Positions 38,817-50,229 of a stretch of DNA of 64,000 nt are shown here, piece by piece; position 1 is the first letter of the stretch; the number at the start of each line of letters is the position of its first letter. The notes beneath the pieces are model-generated. The model was not told the DNA's origin. It worked only from the letters and a program-made list of their open reading frames with translations, and ran no database searches. The stretch comes from Takakia lepidozioides (lineage: Eukaryota; Plantae; Bryophyta), in the NCBI GenBank assembly GCA_030704615.1, contig CM060731.1:57350001-57414000 (forward strand), in the 5' to 3' direction. The position numbers and the translations under genes are program-made.

Positions 38817-39411
38817 ATTTGCGTGCTGCCAGCACAAAATGGGGAAGGGCTTACCATAGCCAGCTTGTGAGTCGTGTGACTGGCCTTGGCCTCCTCTGAC
38901 TGCGCATAGAAGGCTGTATACACTGCCGTAGCCTAGGTTGATTCCCCCACTGTCACCTGTAGCCCTCTACCTTGCAGCACATTGAGAAAACAATTGCTCA
39001 CCTGTAAGTGCTGTTGTGTGTTTCCATCCACATGAAACCTGCCACCCCAAATCAAGGGCGTACATACCATAAGATCATTTGGTAAGCATGGTGGTGTCTG
39101 AATCATTGTTTGGGTTACTTGCTTTCCCCACTGCCAGAAGTCTTTCAGGTGAAGCAGCCATTTGTTAAGGGTCAGGGAGGCCTCATGACATGGATGGAGC
39201 TGTCAGAGGCCGTATTCATTGGAGCCCCACATGTACAGCTCGCCACGCCCTTAGATCACCACACAGAAGAGCAAACTGATCCATAGTAAAAGATATCATA
39301 AATAGGAAAGAGAAGAAACAAACCTATAGTACATTCCAATGCATGTGCAAAACTTCCCAGGCCTTTCTCAGCACTAGCCCCATGATGAGGACACCAAGAA
39401 TGTGACTTAAA

Positions 39412-39520
39412 GGTGATAGCGCCCGTGTGGTAGCCACCGCAAGAAACCTCCACAACAGCAGGAAGGGCAGGCACTTGAGTTGGCTCCGTAACATCCCTCT
39501 CACTGCCTAGACCCTGGCAG
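39412..39520 (-). pseudogene. Single RCC1-repeat fragment
   Basis: GLGSERDVTEPTQVPALPAVVEVSCGGYHTGAIT matches the RCC1 repeat consensus. Confidence 0.7.
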
Positions 39521-40016
39521 ACCCTTTCAGTGTCACTGTCTACTCCGATATTGCCATGCAATCATCATTGAGTATGCAAGTATGGATAATAAGTAAAAAG
39601 CATGCAAAGTGGAACATACCAGCTGACACTCTCGCCCTTTCCCAAAGATAAAAAGGACGCCTTGCTCTGCATATATCCCTCCCCCCCAATTCCAGCTCCC
39701 TATCATCTGCCGTTGACCAGTGGGCTGCTACCTCCAACAACATACTGTGTTGAGATCCAGTAATGTTCAGCATGTTCAGCACGACAATATCTTGCCTAGA
39801 TTTATCTTCTCCAACTGCCTCCCTCTTTCTCTGTGTCTGAGACAAAGTTCAAACGTCTCTCTTCCCCTCAACCCTAGGATGTAGGTTCCAAGGATCATCT
39901 TACGACAGCCCTACAGATAGGTCTAAACAGATAAAACTTCAGCAAACAAAAGGAAGCCATATCCATAAGACTGAGAACAAACATCCAATTGACATGGTCA
40001 GAAACCAGTGACCTGC

Positions 40017-43000
40017 CTCATTGCACATTTCACTGGATTTCATGTACTCCCCAAGCTTCTGCTAACATGCAGCCACATTGAGAAGCAATGAACTCTGCCA
40101 AAAATAGCGCCAGACAATCCACACTTGCATAATGGTGATCTCTTGCATGAATTGCTAAATGCAACTGGCCAAAGATCTCCCACTTTTCTTGAACACACAT
40201 GCATTACCAAGGGACATACATCTTTATTAGTTCCACCAAATAACAAGGGAACAACAATCCTAGAAACCAGCAACAATCACCTGGCTCTTTACAAGCTCCT
40301 CACCTTCCTCATCATTTTGTGGATTTACATGCTTGAAATCCCTAAGCCCCGGTTACGGCCATTAGAGGTGTCCACCTTCAGACTACACTTGAAAGACCAG
40401 GTGTGGAAAATTGTTGTGTAGAAGTTTTACGCACGTAAAGCAGGTCACTAAACTGGTCACTGATTACCTTATCATATTTGGCCTTGGCTACCTCAAACTT
40501 GGCTTCCTTGAATAGCCGGTTTCCCTGCACACACATTTGCAGAGCATCACATACAGCATAAAGTCAATCTCATTCAGGCACAGAACATCTCCAGCAATTA
40601 GTATGTTGGTTTCCTTGCACCATCACTGAATATAGCCTAAATCAGATCTATACGCTCCTAGTTCATACAAGAAAGTAGTAAAGTGAGTATAAAGGCATAC
40701 CGTGGATTTGATTGTATCCACTTCAGCCATCATTTCTTTGAAATTGAGGCCTGTCCAATCCTGCCACCACAAAGAGTTAGCTTAAAATTCCGCTCATTGA
40801 TGTTTATCATTGATAACAGGAAGCAATCTTTCTATCTTTCTAAGGGACCAAAAACTACCTTTGTAAGGGGCTCACTCCGGTAGTATGACTTACCTTGATA
40901 CAAACAATTAGTTCGGGCTTTCCAGATATCGTCTAGGAAGCCCTTCAAACAAGCATCAATCTGCTGTGTGTGAGCAGCCCAAGTGTTAGACTCCGACAGG
41001 GCCAGGGCTTTAGGCTCAGCCTCAAGATTTTGGAAGTTGCCGAACAGACGTGCCAAGACATTGTCCTGAAGAGGGTCACTCTCTGGTGAGAATATCCTGG
41101 ACACTATCAGAAAATGGATATTGTCTTCAGGTTGCCCACACATCGGGTGATTACAATCTCCTCTTCCTCTCTGCATCTGTTTATTGTTCAAGGGTAGGGT
41201 CCGCCCTCAGTTAAAATTTCAGTCCAGTGCCAAGGGTAGGTATGCCCTTGAGATCATCCTTAAGGTCTGCCCTGGAAACAAGTTCAGGGAAGTTTTATGC
41301 CTAACTTCAATTTCATCGGAGAGTCTTTGGGCATCAGACATGGACACACCCCCCTCCAGGTCAGCTTCATCCAGTAGGGTCAATTCATCATGACTGATAT
41401 TCAGATACTTGAAAATCTCATCCACCTTTTCCCGCCAAGACTTGGCCTGTTTAACAGGACTGTCTTGCTTCCAATAAATAGATTCGATTACCTTAGGGTA
41501 TCTGGTATTAGGCATGCGATTCAACCGACCCCACCATCTGACCTTGAATTCATCACGTCGAGAGCTTAAGAGAGGTACGCCAGATGCACCCCGAACAGCC
41601 ACATTAGCTGTTCTAGAACAAGCCGACATGCTTTCTTTGAGCACTGCGGCCTGAATGGATTCTAGGGATTTAGCATAGTCGGAGTTGTCAACCCACACAG
41701 CAGATGCATGCTCCAAGGCCGGCCTTATAACATTACAAGGATCAACACAGGGTGAGTGTTGAGAGGCCCAGTCTCAAGCCTGTCGAAGATTAGCGAATGT
41801 ACTCATCAGACGTTGCTTGCCTACGCCTTGTGGCCATAGACTCCACACCCAGTTTGCGCGAAACAAAAGGGAACAGGCACTACCTTTGTGAGGGGGTCAC
41901 TAGAGAGAGAGAGGAAAAGAGGAGTGAAGAACTGCACCAATGGTGTACAATATTCCTGGAAGTATAGCCCAGCTTGAAAACTATCCAGAGTTGGCTAAAA
42001 AACCTATGAAAGTACCTTCAAAGCAAATATTTTGCCTTCACGATCACAGTCCAGCCATAGCACCAAATAGTCGCATCCACGTGCTTCTTGTTGCAGATGC
42101 TTACACACATGGGCCTGCCTATTATTTCCCAAATATCATTTACATTGGGAAGCCAACTCTGCTACTGGCATCCAATTCATTAACTCCATCTCATCTAGCC
42201 TTTCTTTAGTGATGATAGAACTGATGACACGTGGCTTGAAGCAAATGGTGTCCCCTGATTAATCACAGGATTGAATGGTTGTATCTTTTCCAACCAACTA
42301 GAAATATTATGTAAACAGCAGATTCAAACAATAAAGGGTAACTTTAGTGCAAAACTTATCTACCTATCTATCTGGAAATTCCTTATTTGACAAGTGACTT
42401 CATGGCCTGCAGTGACTCTTCTATTTTGAAACAAGAAAAGCTGATGGTACAATAAAAATGATACAAATCCAGTGGCAGGAAACCAAATCTTTCTATCTTT
42501 CAGGAAGCAATTAACTGGATAAGGCCAACTGGCAGAAGAATTGAGTGTGGGAGAAAGGGTTGATAAGCCAAAAAACCACCAAAAATTGCATAGATTATTC
42601 AACCATGGACAGACTGTGGTCTGAGCTGTGAAAGGAAACGCTGGCCCACAGACTCATGTAGATGAGTATAAACAGTAAATACACTGATGTAAATGGATGA
42701 CCTTGCCTGTTTCAAATCCTAACAATTCCACCACCCATTGCACTGAAGCCCCTTCTGGAACAACTTCTGGCCTGGACCCAATCAATTTGTTTCCAGTTGC
42801 AATCATGGAGCAAAAGAGAGCATGAGAGATCCCACTCACTAAAGTTTTAAAAATTGACCTTCATCTTTGTAAAGGACGTCAACCGCAATTAGACATCACG
42901 AGCTGGATTGGACACCAACGTTGAGTTGGGAATTTGTCTGCAATGATTTGAAAGTGAGCCACATAGAAGTCTTCCCAGAAGAATACCTGGGAAATTTTTC

Positions 43001-43084
43001 ATAGGCGTACTTGGAGACACTGTTAATAAGAGCAAGCTCCCCTGGAAGCATCAGTCGGAGACTCGTTTCAAGTCCCTCAGGTAC
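40017..43084 (-). pseudogene. PAS1: PASTICCINO1-like FKBP/TPR gene fragment (6 internal exons)
   Basis: Exons 42987-43084 (VPEGLETSLRLMLPGE..), 42702-42771 (VQWVVELLGFE), 40701-40760 (DWTGLNFKEMM), 40468-40524 (GNRLFKEAKFE), ~40281-40349 (FKHVNPQNDEEG), 40017-40094 (LNVAAC*QKLGE); one stop and one damaged acceptor; 5' and 3' exons not found. Confidence 0.85.
40830..41730 (-). mobile_element. 5'-truncated LINE in a PAS1 intron, same family as 21.4-23.0 kb
   Basis: IRPALEHASAVWVDNS..ANVAVRG..RWWGRLNRMPNTRYPK..CGQPEDNIHFLI, closely similar to 22194-22900. Confidence 0.85.
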
Positions 43085-43459
43085 CTGCAAAAGCATACAG
43101 ACAACGGCTCATCCACAGAAGAAGTACATCAATCAATTCAATGTTCACAATGGTCACAGCATTTACAGCAAAGACAGAAACTGTAGGGTTGCAATCCTGT
43201 AACACTTGCTCCGCACCTTTCCTGGAACCAAAGTCACGGGAGAGACAAAAACGATTACCTTTAGAAAAGCCCAAAACCAACGCCTTGTCTGTTAGGGCAG
43301 CGAACTCCAACTCAACATACACGTACTTGAGGTGTACTAGGTACAGGAGAAATATGCAGTGTATATGTTTAGATATACACGAAGTATACGCTGACCTTAG
43401 GTCAACTAGGGTTAGTTACGGGACATGAGACATGACTCATGTTTTTCATCCAAGTCCCT

Positions 43460-43656
43460 GGGATGGGAATCTTATCCAGAATCTTAAGCCCGGGCACTAG
43501 AATCTGTCCCGGACTTTTGGAACATTAAGCCCGGGATAGAGAATAGTTTAAGAATATTCAAATCTTTTGGCCCGGGCTAGAGAATATCCTAGAGAATTTT
43601 AGAATCTTATGCCCGGGCTAGAGAATCTTGTCCCGGGCTTTTGGAAAATTTACTAG
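43460..43656. repeat. GCCCGGG/AGAAT repeat cluster ending in CTAG; candidate transposon (Helitron-like) terminus
   Basis: About six CCCGG(G) palindromic cores with AGAATCTT spacers; CTAG at 43653-56 followed by T, 14 nt after the last core. Confidence 0.4.
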
Positions 43657-43833
43657 TATGGGCCTTTTGGGCTTCCGTAAACGACACGACCACAAGGCGG
43701 TGGTCGATGTAGGGCCCTCACCCCTGCCACCTTGGAAGAGCACAGTATGTAATATCCTCGTTGAAAGTTCGGTAAAAGCACACGTTTCTTGAGCAGAGTT
43801 TGGAGTTCGTTGTTCCTCATCGTGTAGAGCCCA

Positions 43834-46800
43834 ATGGAGCCCAAAACAACTTGCATGAATGTTGTTGAAAGCTCACTAGCACCCCTCAGTAAAGGACCTT
43901 GTCAAAATGTTGATGCTGTCGGATTTTCGAGCACAAACCTCTACCTTGGAGCACGGAGCAGAGCTGGCATGAGTTTTTTAAAGATCCTTCACGATGGTGG
44001 GACAACCGCAATCGCAACTGCAATCGCAAGGTGTGGCTTTTTCTTAATGTACGATGTGAAGAAGTTTGTCCATCCTGCAAATTTGGGCGCTTGGCTCGTA
44101 CCATGATTTGGTATTCTTCCTGATGTTTACAAGGTTCTTGGGAGAGTCAGCTTGGTCTTAGCAGGCCGTGTTTCAATCTCTGTTTGCTCAGCTGCACCGT
44201 GGTGTTTCTCACAGACCAATCCGACATGACCTGACTACAGACACAAGCAGCACACACAAGAGGTCCTTTTGGGTTGATGGTCGGTCAAATCCTCCATGGG
44301 TCATGACACAAGGTCAAGGACAATGTGGTGAGGGCACCTTCTTCTTCGACCTATTTCAGCCTGTTTTGCCCTCTCATCAGACTCGGCCCTGAATTTGCAT
44401 ATTGAATATGGTGTCTGCATCCAATTTGAAGCCTTTCATTTGCCGTATGTTGCAGTGGATCTGTGGTGGTTTGGAATGACTTTGACAAGTTAGTGCCGAT
44501 GTGGCAGCAGGAAAGTATCCAAAAACAGATAACAGAGATGAGGAGAAGCTCTGGAATGAACACTTTTGCGACCCCAGTCAATGGTGGGACAATGGAGACA
44601 AAAAGGTGAATGCCTGTTGGAAGCAGACGCAAGTCAGCATAGGAACTAGTGTGATAAGTATGGTTCGGGTGTTTGCTGGAAGAATTCTAGGCTGTCATTG
44701 TCTGTTGCTAGCAGCAAGGCAAGGATGTGTGCATGATTTGTGCAGAGGCATGGATAGCTGAAGGAGCAGAGATGGAGTGTGGGTCCAGATTCATCCAAGA
44801 GGGCCGGATTGCAAGCTCCAGATTACCTATGACTCCCTGTGGAAGGATAGCTACAAGAAACCTGCATGGGTAGATGGTCAACTGGAAGCCGCAGCAGCAT
44901 CGGCACAGTTGATAAAATCAGGCATTGCTCATGAAGGCACCTTTTTCAACATATTTCACCCTGTTTTTCCCTCTTATCAGAATCGGCCCTAAATTTTCAT
45001 GCTGCAAGTTAGCTGGTTGAGTGAACATTAAATAGTTTGGAGTGACGTTGACATGATACTGCCAATGTGACAACAGGAAAGTATCCAGAAACAGGTAACA
45101 GAGAGGAGAAGCTGTGGAATGAATACTTTTCTGACCCCAGTCAATGGTGGGACAATCGAGGCAAAAAGGTGAATGCCTGTTGGATTAGAGAGAGTAGCAG
45201 ATGCAATTGAGCATAGGAACTAGTGTGATAAGTTGAGTTGGGTGTTTCCTAGAACAAATCTAGGCTGTCATTGTCAGCTGCTAGCAGCAAGGCAAGGATG
45301 TATGCATGATTTGTGCAGAGGCATGGATAGCTGAAGGAGCAGGGATAGAGTGTGGGTCCAGATTCATCCAAGAGGGCCAGATTTCAAGCACAAGGTTCCT
45401 ATGACTCCCTGTGGAAGGATAGCTACAAGAAACCTGCATGGGTAGATGGTCAACTGGAAGCCGCAGCAGCATCGGCACAATTGATAAAACCAGGCACTGC
45501 TCATTAAGGCACCTTCTTCAACACATTTCACCCTGTTTTTCCCTCTTATCAGAATCGGCCCTAAATGTCCATTTTGAATTCTGCAAGTTAGCTGGTTGAG
45601 TGAATCTAGTTTGGAGTGACTTTGACATGATACCGCCAATGTGACAACAGGAAAGTATCGAAAAACAGGTAACAGAGACGAGGAGAAGCTGTGGAGTGAA
45701 TACTTTTCTGACCCCAGTCAATGGTGGGACAACCGAGGCCAAAAGGTGAATGCCTGTTAGATTACAGAGAGTAACAGACTTAATTCAGCATAGGAACTAG
45801 TGTGATAAGCTGAGTTGGGTGTTTCCTAGAGCAAATCTAGGCTGTCATTGTCACTGCTAGCAGCAAGGCAAGGATGAATGCATGATTTGTGCAGAGGCAT
45901 GGATAGCTGAAGGAGCAGGGGTAGAGTGTGGGTACAGATTCATCCAAGAGGGCCAGATTTCAAGCACAAGATTACCTATGATTCCCTGTGGCTCAATAGC
46001 TACAAGAAACCTGCATGGGTAGATGGTCAACTAAAGGCAGCAGCTGCAGCGGCACAGTTGATAAAATCAGGCACCTCAACCATGACCACAGCTTCTGGAA
46101 GAGGATCAAGAGAGGGAGTCCACAGTGCGTCTTCTGGCACTTCTGGGCATGTGAAGATGCTTTGTGAGGCAGGCAGACTGAAAGAGGCTCTACAGACTTT
46201 AAACCAAGGAGGAATTTCAGCAGATTCAGAAACGTATGTCTGTCTCTTGCATAAGTGCATCAAGGTGAGAGGCCTGGAAGCTGGAAAGCAGGTGCACACT
46301 CACATTATCCAAAGTGGATTCACGCCAAATGTTTTTCTCCTCAACACCCTTGTCAACATGTATGTTAAGTGCGGGAGCATCATGGATGCTCACCAAGTGT
46401 TCAACAGAATGCCTCAACGATCTTTGATCACGTGGAATATAATGTTGGCAGGATTTACCAAGCATGGGTGTGGTAGGAATGCTTTGGAGACCTATGAGCA
46501 AATGATGGGGGAAGGGGTGAAGCCCGACCACATCACGTTTGTGTGCGTTTGCAGTGCGTGTGCAAGCCTGGCAGCCCTGGAAAAGGGGAAAGAGGTGCAT
46601 GGCGACATTGTCAGAGCTGGAATCGTACCAGATGTGATCCTGAACAATACCCTCGTGGACATGTATGCCAAATGTGGGAGCATTGAGCATGCAAAGCGAG
46701 TGTTTGACAATATGGCTGAACGAAATGTGGTGTCGTGGAACACGATGCTTGCAGGGTATGCACAGCAGGGGCGCGGGATGGAGGCTTTGGAGACATATGA

Positions 46801-49165
46801 GCAAATGATGGGGGAAGGGGTGAAGCCCGACCACATCACATTTGTGTGCGTTTGCAGTGCGTGTGCAAGCCTGGCAGCCCTGGAAAAGGGCAAAGAGGTG
46901 CATGGCGACATCGTCAGAGCTGGAATTGTACCAGATATGATCCTGAACACTGCCCTGGTCGACATGTATGCCAAATGTGGGAGCATCGAGGATGCAAAAG
47001 GAGTGTTCAGCAATATGGTTGAACTAAATGTGGTGTCGTGGAACGCGATGCTTGCAGGGTATGCACAGCAGGGGCGCGGCATGGAGGCTTTGGAGACGTA
47101 TGAGCAAATGATGTGCGAAGGGGTGAAGCCCGACCACATCACGTTTGTGTGCGTTTGCAGTGCGTGTGCAAGCCTGGCAGCCCTGGAAAAGGGCAAAGAG
47201 GTGCATGGTGACATCGTCAGAGCTGGAATTGTACCAGATGTGATCCTGAACAATACCCTCGTGGACATGTATACCAAATGTGGGTGCATCGAGGATGCAA
47301 AGGGAGTGTTCGACAGTATGGCTGAACGAGATGTGGTGTCGTGGAGTTCGATGATTGCAGGATATGCACAGCAGGGGTGCGGGATGGAGGCTTTGGAGAC
47401 GTATGAGCAAATGATGGGGGAAGGGGTGAAGCCCAACCACGTCACATTTGTCTGCGTTTGCAATGCGTGTGCAAGCCTGGCAGCCCTGGAAAAGGGCAAG
47501 GAGGTGCATGGCGACATCGTCAGAGCTGGAATTGTACCAAATGTCATCCTGAACACTGCCCTGGTGGACATGTATGCCAAATGTGGGAGCATCGAGGATG
47601 CAAAGGGACTGTTCAACAATATGGCTGAACGAAATGTGGTGTCGTGGAACGCGATGCTTGCAGGGTATGCACAGCAGGGGTGCGGGATGGATGCTTTGGA
47701 GACGTATGAGCAAATGATGTGCGAAGGGGTGAAGCCCGACCACATCACGTTTGTGTGCGTTTCCAGAGTGTGTGCAAGCCTGGCAGCCCTGGAAAAGGGC
47801 AAAGAGGTGCATGGCGACATCGTCAGAGCTGGAGTTGTACCAGATGTGATCCTGAACACTGCCCTGGTGGACATGTATGCCAAATGTGGGAGCATCGAGG
47901 ATGCAAAGGGAGTGTTCAACAATATGGCTGAACGAAATGTAGTGTCGTGGAACGCGATGCTTGCAGGGTATGCACAGCAGGGGCGCGGGATGGAGGCTTT
48001 GGAGACGTATGAGCAAATGATGGGGGAAGGCGTGAAGCCCGACCATATCACATTTGTGTGCGTTTGCAGTGCGTGTGCAAGCCTGGCAGCCCTGGAAAAG
48101 GGCAAAGAGGTGCATGGTGACATCGTTAGAGCTGGAATTGTTCCAGATGTGATCCTGAACACTGCCCTGGTGGACATGTATGCCAAATGTGGGTGCATCG
48201 AGGATGCAAAGGGAGTGTTCGACAATATGGCTGAACGTAATCTGGTGTCATGGAGTGCGATGATCGCAGGGTATGCACAGCATGGTTGTCATAGGGAGGT
48301 CGTGCAACTATTTGAAGGAATGCAAAAGAACGGCTTGAAGCCGGACAGTATCACCTTTATATGTGTTCTCTCTGCATGCAGCCACGCTGGCCTACTGAAT
48401 GAAGGAAGACGCTACTTTGATTCCCTGAGTCAAGATCATGGTGTCTCTCCGACAGTAAAGCACTTTGGCTGCATGGTGGACCTTCTTGGACGTGCGGGAC
48501 AACTGGATGAGGCAGTGGACCTGATTAATAAAATGCCAATCAATCCAGATGCTGTGGTGTGGAAGGCCTTGCTTGGTGCCTGCAGAATCCATGGCAATGT
48601 GGAGATGGCTGAACGTGCGGCAACATCTATCCTCAAGTCGGATGAACAGGATGCCGCGACTTATGTGTTGCTCTCAAACATCTATGCTGCAGCTGGCAGG
48701 TGGGATGATACTGCAAAGGTGAGAAGAATGATGAAGGTCAGAGGGGTTAGAAAGGAGCCAGGTCGATGCTGCATTGAGGTTGGCAACAGGGTGCACAGCT
48801 TCGTTGTAGATGACAAGTTGCATCCCAGAATTAAGGATATCCATGCTGAGCTGAGAAGATTGTCTGGGCAGATGAAGGAGGCAGGGTATGTGCCTGACAC
48901 GCGCTTCGTATTGCACAATGTAGGGGAGGAGGAAAAGGAATTTTCTCTTTGCCACCACAGTGAGAAGCTGGCCATTGGTTTTGGGCTGATCAGCACGACC
49001 CCTAGGACACCACTCCGTCTCATCAAGAATCTTCGAGTGTGTGGTGACTGCCACACCTCCACCAAATTCATCTCAAAGATTGTTGGCCGAGCAATTGTTG
49101 TACGGGACGCTAACCGCTTTCACCACTTTGAAGATGGGATTTGTTCTTGTGGGGATTACTGGTGA
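43834..49165 (+). CDS. Predicted spliced gene: N-terminal leader + OSB-type PDF motifs + PLS-PPR + E1/E2 + DYW deaminase (copy 3)
   Basis: Exons 43834-44030, 44215-44327, 44511-44605, 44789-44921/44936, 45077-45168, 45362-~45500 (frameshifted), 45651-45745, 45938-49165; phases compatible; upstream splicing is inferred. Confidence 0.6.
45938..49165 (+). CDS. Intact PLS-class PPR protein exon with DYW:PG cytidine deaminase domain (C-to-U editing factor type)
   Basis: L-S-(P-L-S)x6-P2-L2-S2-E1-E2, PG box PGRCCIEV, HSEKLA, CGDCH, terminal DYW; no stops; first in-exon ATG at 46082. Confidence 0.97.
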   Translation: MHPRGPDFKHKITYDSLWLNSYKKPAWVDGQLKAAAAAAQLIKSGTSTMTTASGRGSREGVHSASSGTSGHVKMLCEAGRLKEALQTLNQGGISADSETYVCLLHKCIKVRGLEAGKQVHTHIIQSGFTPNVFLLNTLVNMYVKCGSIMDAHQVFNRMPQRSLITWNIMLAGFTKHGCGRNALETYEQMMGEGVKPDHITFVCVCSACASLAALEKGKEVHGDIVRAGIVPDVILNNTLVDMYAKCGSIEHAKRVFDNMAERNVVSWNTMLAGYAQQGRGMEALETYEQMMGEGVKPDHITFVCVCSACASLAALEKGKEVHGDIVRAGIVPDMILNTALVDMYAKCGSIEDAKGVFSNMVELNVVSWNAMLAGYAQQGRGMEALETYEQMMCEGVKPDHITFVCVCSACASLAALEKGKEVHGDIVRAGIVPDVILNNTLVDMYTKCGCIEDAKGVFDSMAERDVVSWSSMIAGYAQQGCGMEALETYEQMMGEGVKPNHVTFVCVCNACASLAALEKGKEVHGDIVRAGIVPNVILNTALVDMYAKCGSIEDAKGLFNNMAERNVVSWNAMLAGYAQQGCGMDALETYEQMMCEGVKPDHITFVCVSRVCASLAALEKGKEVHGDIVRAGVVPDVILNTALVDMYAKCGSIEDAKGVFNNMAERNVVSWNAMLAGYAQQGRGMEALETYEQMMGEGVKPDHITFVCVCSACASLAALEKGKEVHGDIVRAGIVPDVILNTALVDMYAKCGCIEDAKGVFDNMAERNLVSWSAMIAGYAQHGCHREVVQLFEGMQKNGLKPDSITFICVLSACSHAGLLNEGRRYFDSLSQDHGVSPTVKHFGCMVDLLGRAGQLDEAVDLINKMPINPDAVVWKALLGACRIHGNVEMAERAATSILKSDEQDAATYVLLSNIYAAAGRWDDTAKVRRMMKVRGVRKEPGRCCIEVGNRVHSFVVDDKLHPRIKDIHAELRRLSGQMKEAGYVPDTRFVLHNVGEEEKEFSLCHHSEKLAIGFGLISTTPRTPLRLIKNLRVCGDCHTSTKFISKIVGRAIVVRDANRFHHFEDGICSCGDYW

Positions 49166-50229
49166 AAGGATGTTTTCTTGGAAAGATGCGAGTGTCTTGC
49201 TTCATTCATTGATCTGTGTAGCTACTCAGATCATCCACCATTTCCTGAGAGTATTGACCATGATGTACTGTTGAGTGCATTTCCTGTGGCATATCCACGG
49301 GAAATGATAGTGGGGTCTACCCGGCATAGGTGGAAGTCAGCCCATAATTGCACTTGACTGAAGGGCTGATATTGGACTGACTTTGGTGACAGTGGATGGA
49401 AATCAGAGTGCTGTCCTAATTCTGGGTTTGGGTGGTGGAGCTTCTCCAAAGCTTGAAGATGGAAGTGAATACGTATTTTGATGAGCTTGATTAGATATGC
49501 ACAAGTTTGTTCAGCATCTTAAATTTGCACATGTTCGTTTGTTTCTTGTTGTGTTTGGATGGAGCCCTTGACGAACTTGCATGAACATTGTGAAAAGCTA
49601 GCCTTAACCCACCAAGATCCAATCCCATGGTGGCTGCTTGAAAGTTCATATAGTGATTGTAAGGGTATTTGGGTATGTTGTTATTGATTGATGCAGCTTG
49701 ACTCCCTCACACTATAACACTGGTTGTGCATGTTGGAGTTCAAGGTTGGGGGACATAGGGCACCCACTTGAGAACACAATTGCTACAGTTGGATGCCATA
49801 TTTGGGAGCATGTATGAAACAACTATGCATAGTTTCATGCAACAATAAGCGATACTGCCAGCAACGCATGTCTCTACGGTGGTGGGACTCCCAGTCTCCT
49901 CAGTAAGGAAAAAAGAGCTTTGTCTCATAAGGTAGGGTTTATAAAGGGAGGGAGAGAGAGGCTTCCCTGTTCTACCAAGGTATAGGGTCAGATGCCTAAG
50001 AGGCGTAGAATTCAGCGTTGGGCTTCTGCACTGTTAAGGGTTTCTTGCATGAACAAGAGGTAAGAAAAGTTTGGATGCTCATTGTGAAGCTAACTGACGT
50101 TTTAAATATTCCATCCATGGTGGATGGATGATGGATGGATGAGATATTGAAGGAGAGGTTAAAAATAATGCGGGTGGTCAAGAAGAGGCCCAAAAACATG
50201 ATCTCTCATTGTGAAACAGGCAAAGGTTT

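Noticed and set aside
41730-41930. Hammerhead ribozyme (CTGATGA on minus strand)
   Set aside because: No stem II followed by a GAAA core.
45926-45937. ORF-track start of the 1079-aa protein
   Set aside because: It is a GTG inside the predicted intron; the exon starts at 45938 and the first ATG is at 46082.
46226-48225. Long antisense ORFs (577, 363, 225 aa), and equivalents at 5190-6253 and 11374-12424
   Set aside because: Shadow frames of the tandem 303-bp PPR unit.
48760-49165. U-to-C (DYW:KP/GRP) editing factor
   Set aside because: PG box, HSEK and terminal DYW are the canonical C-to-U type.
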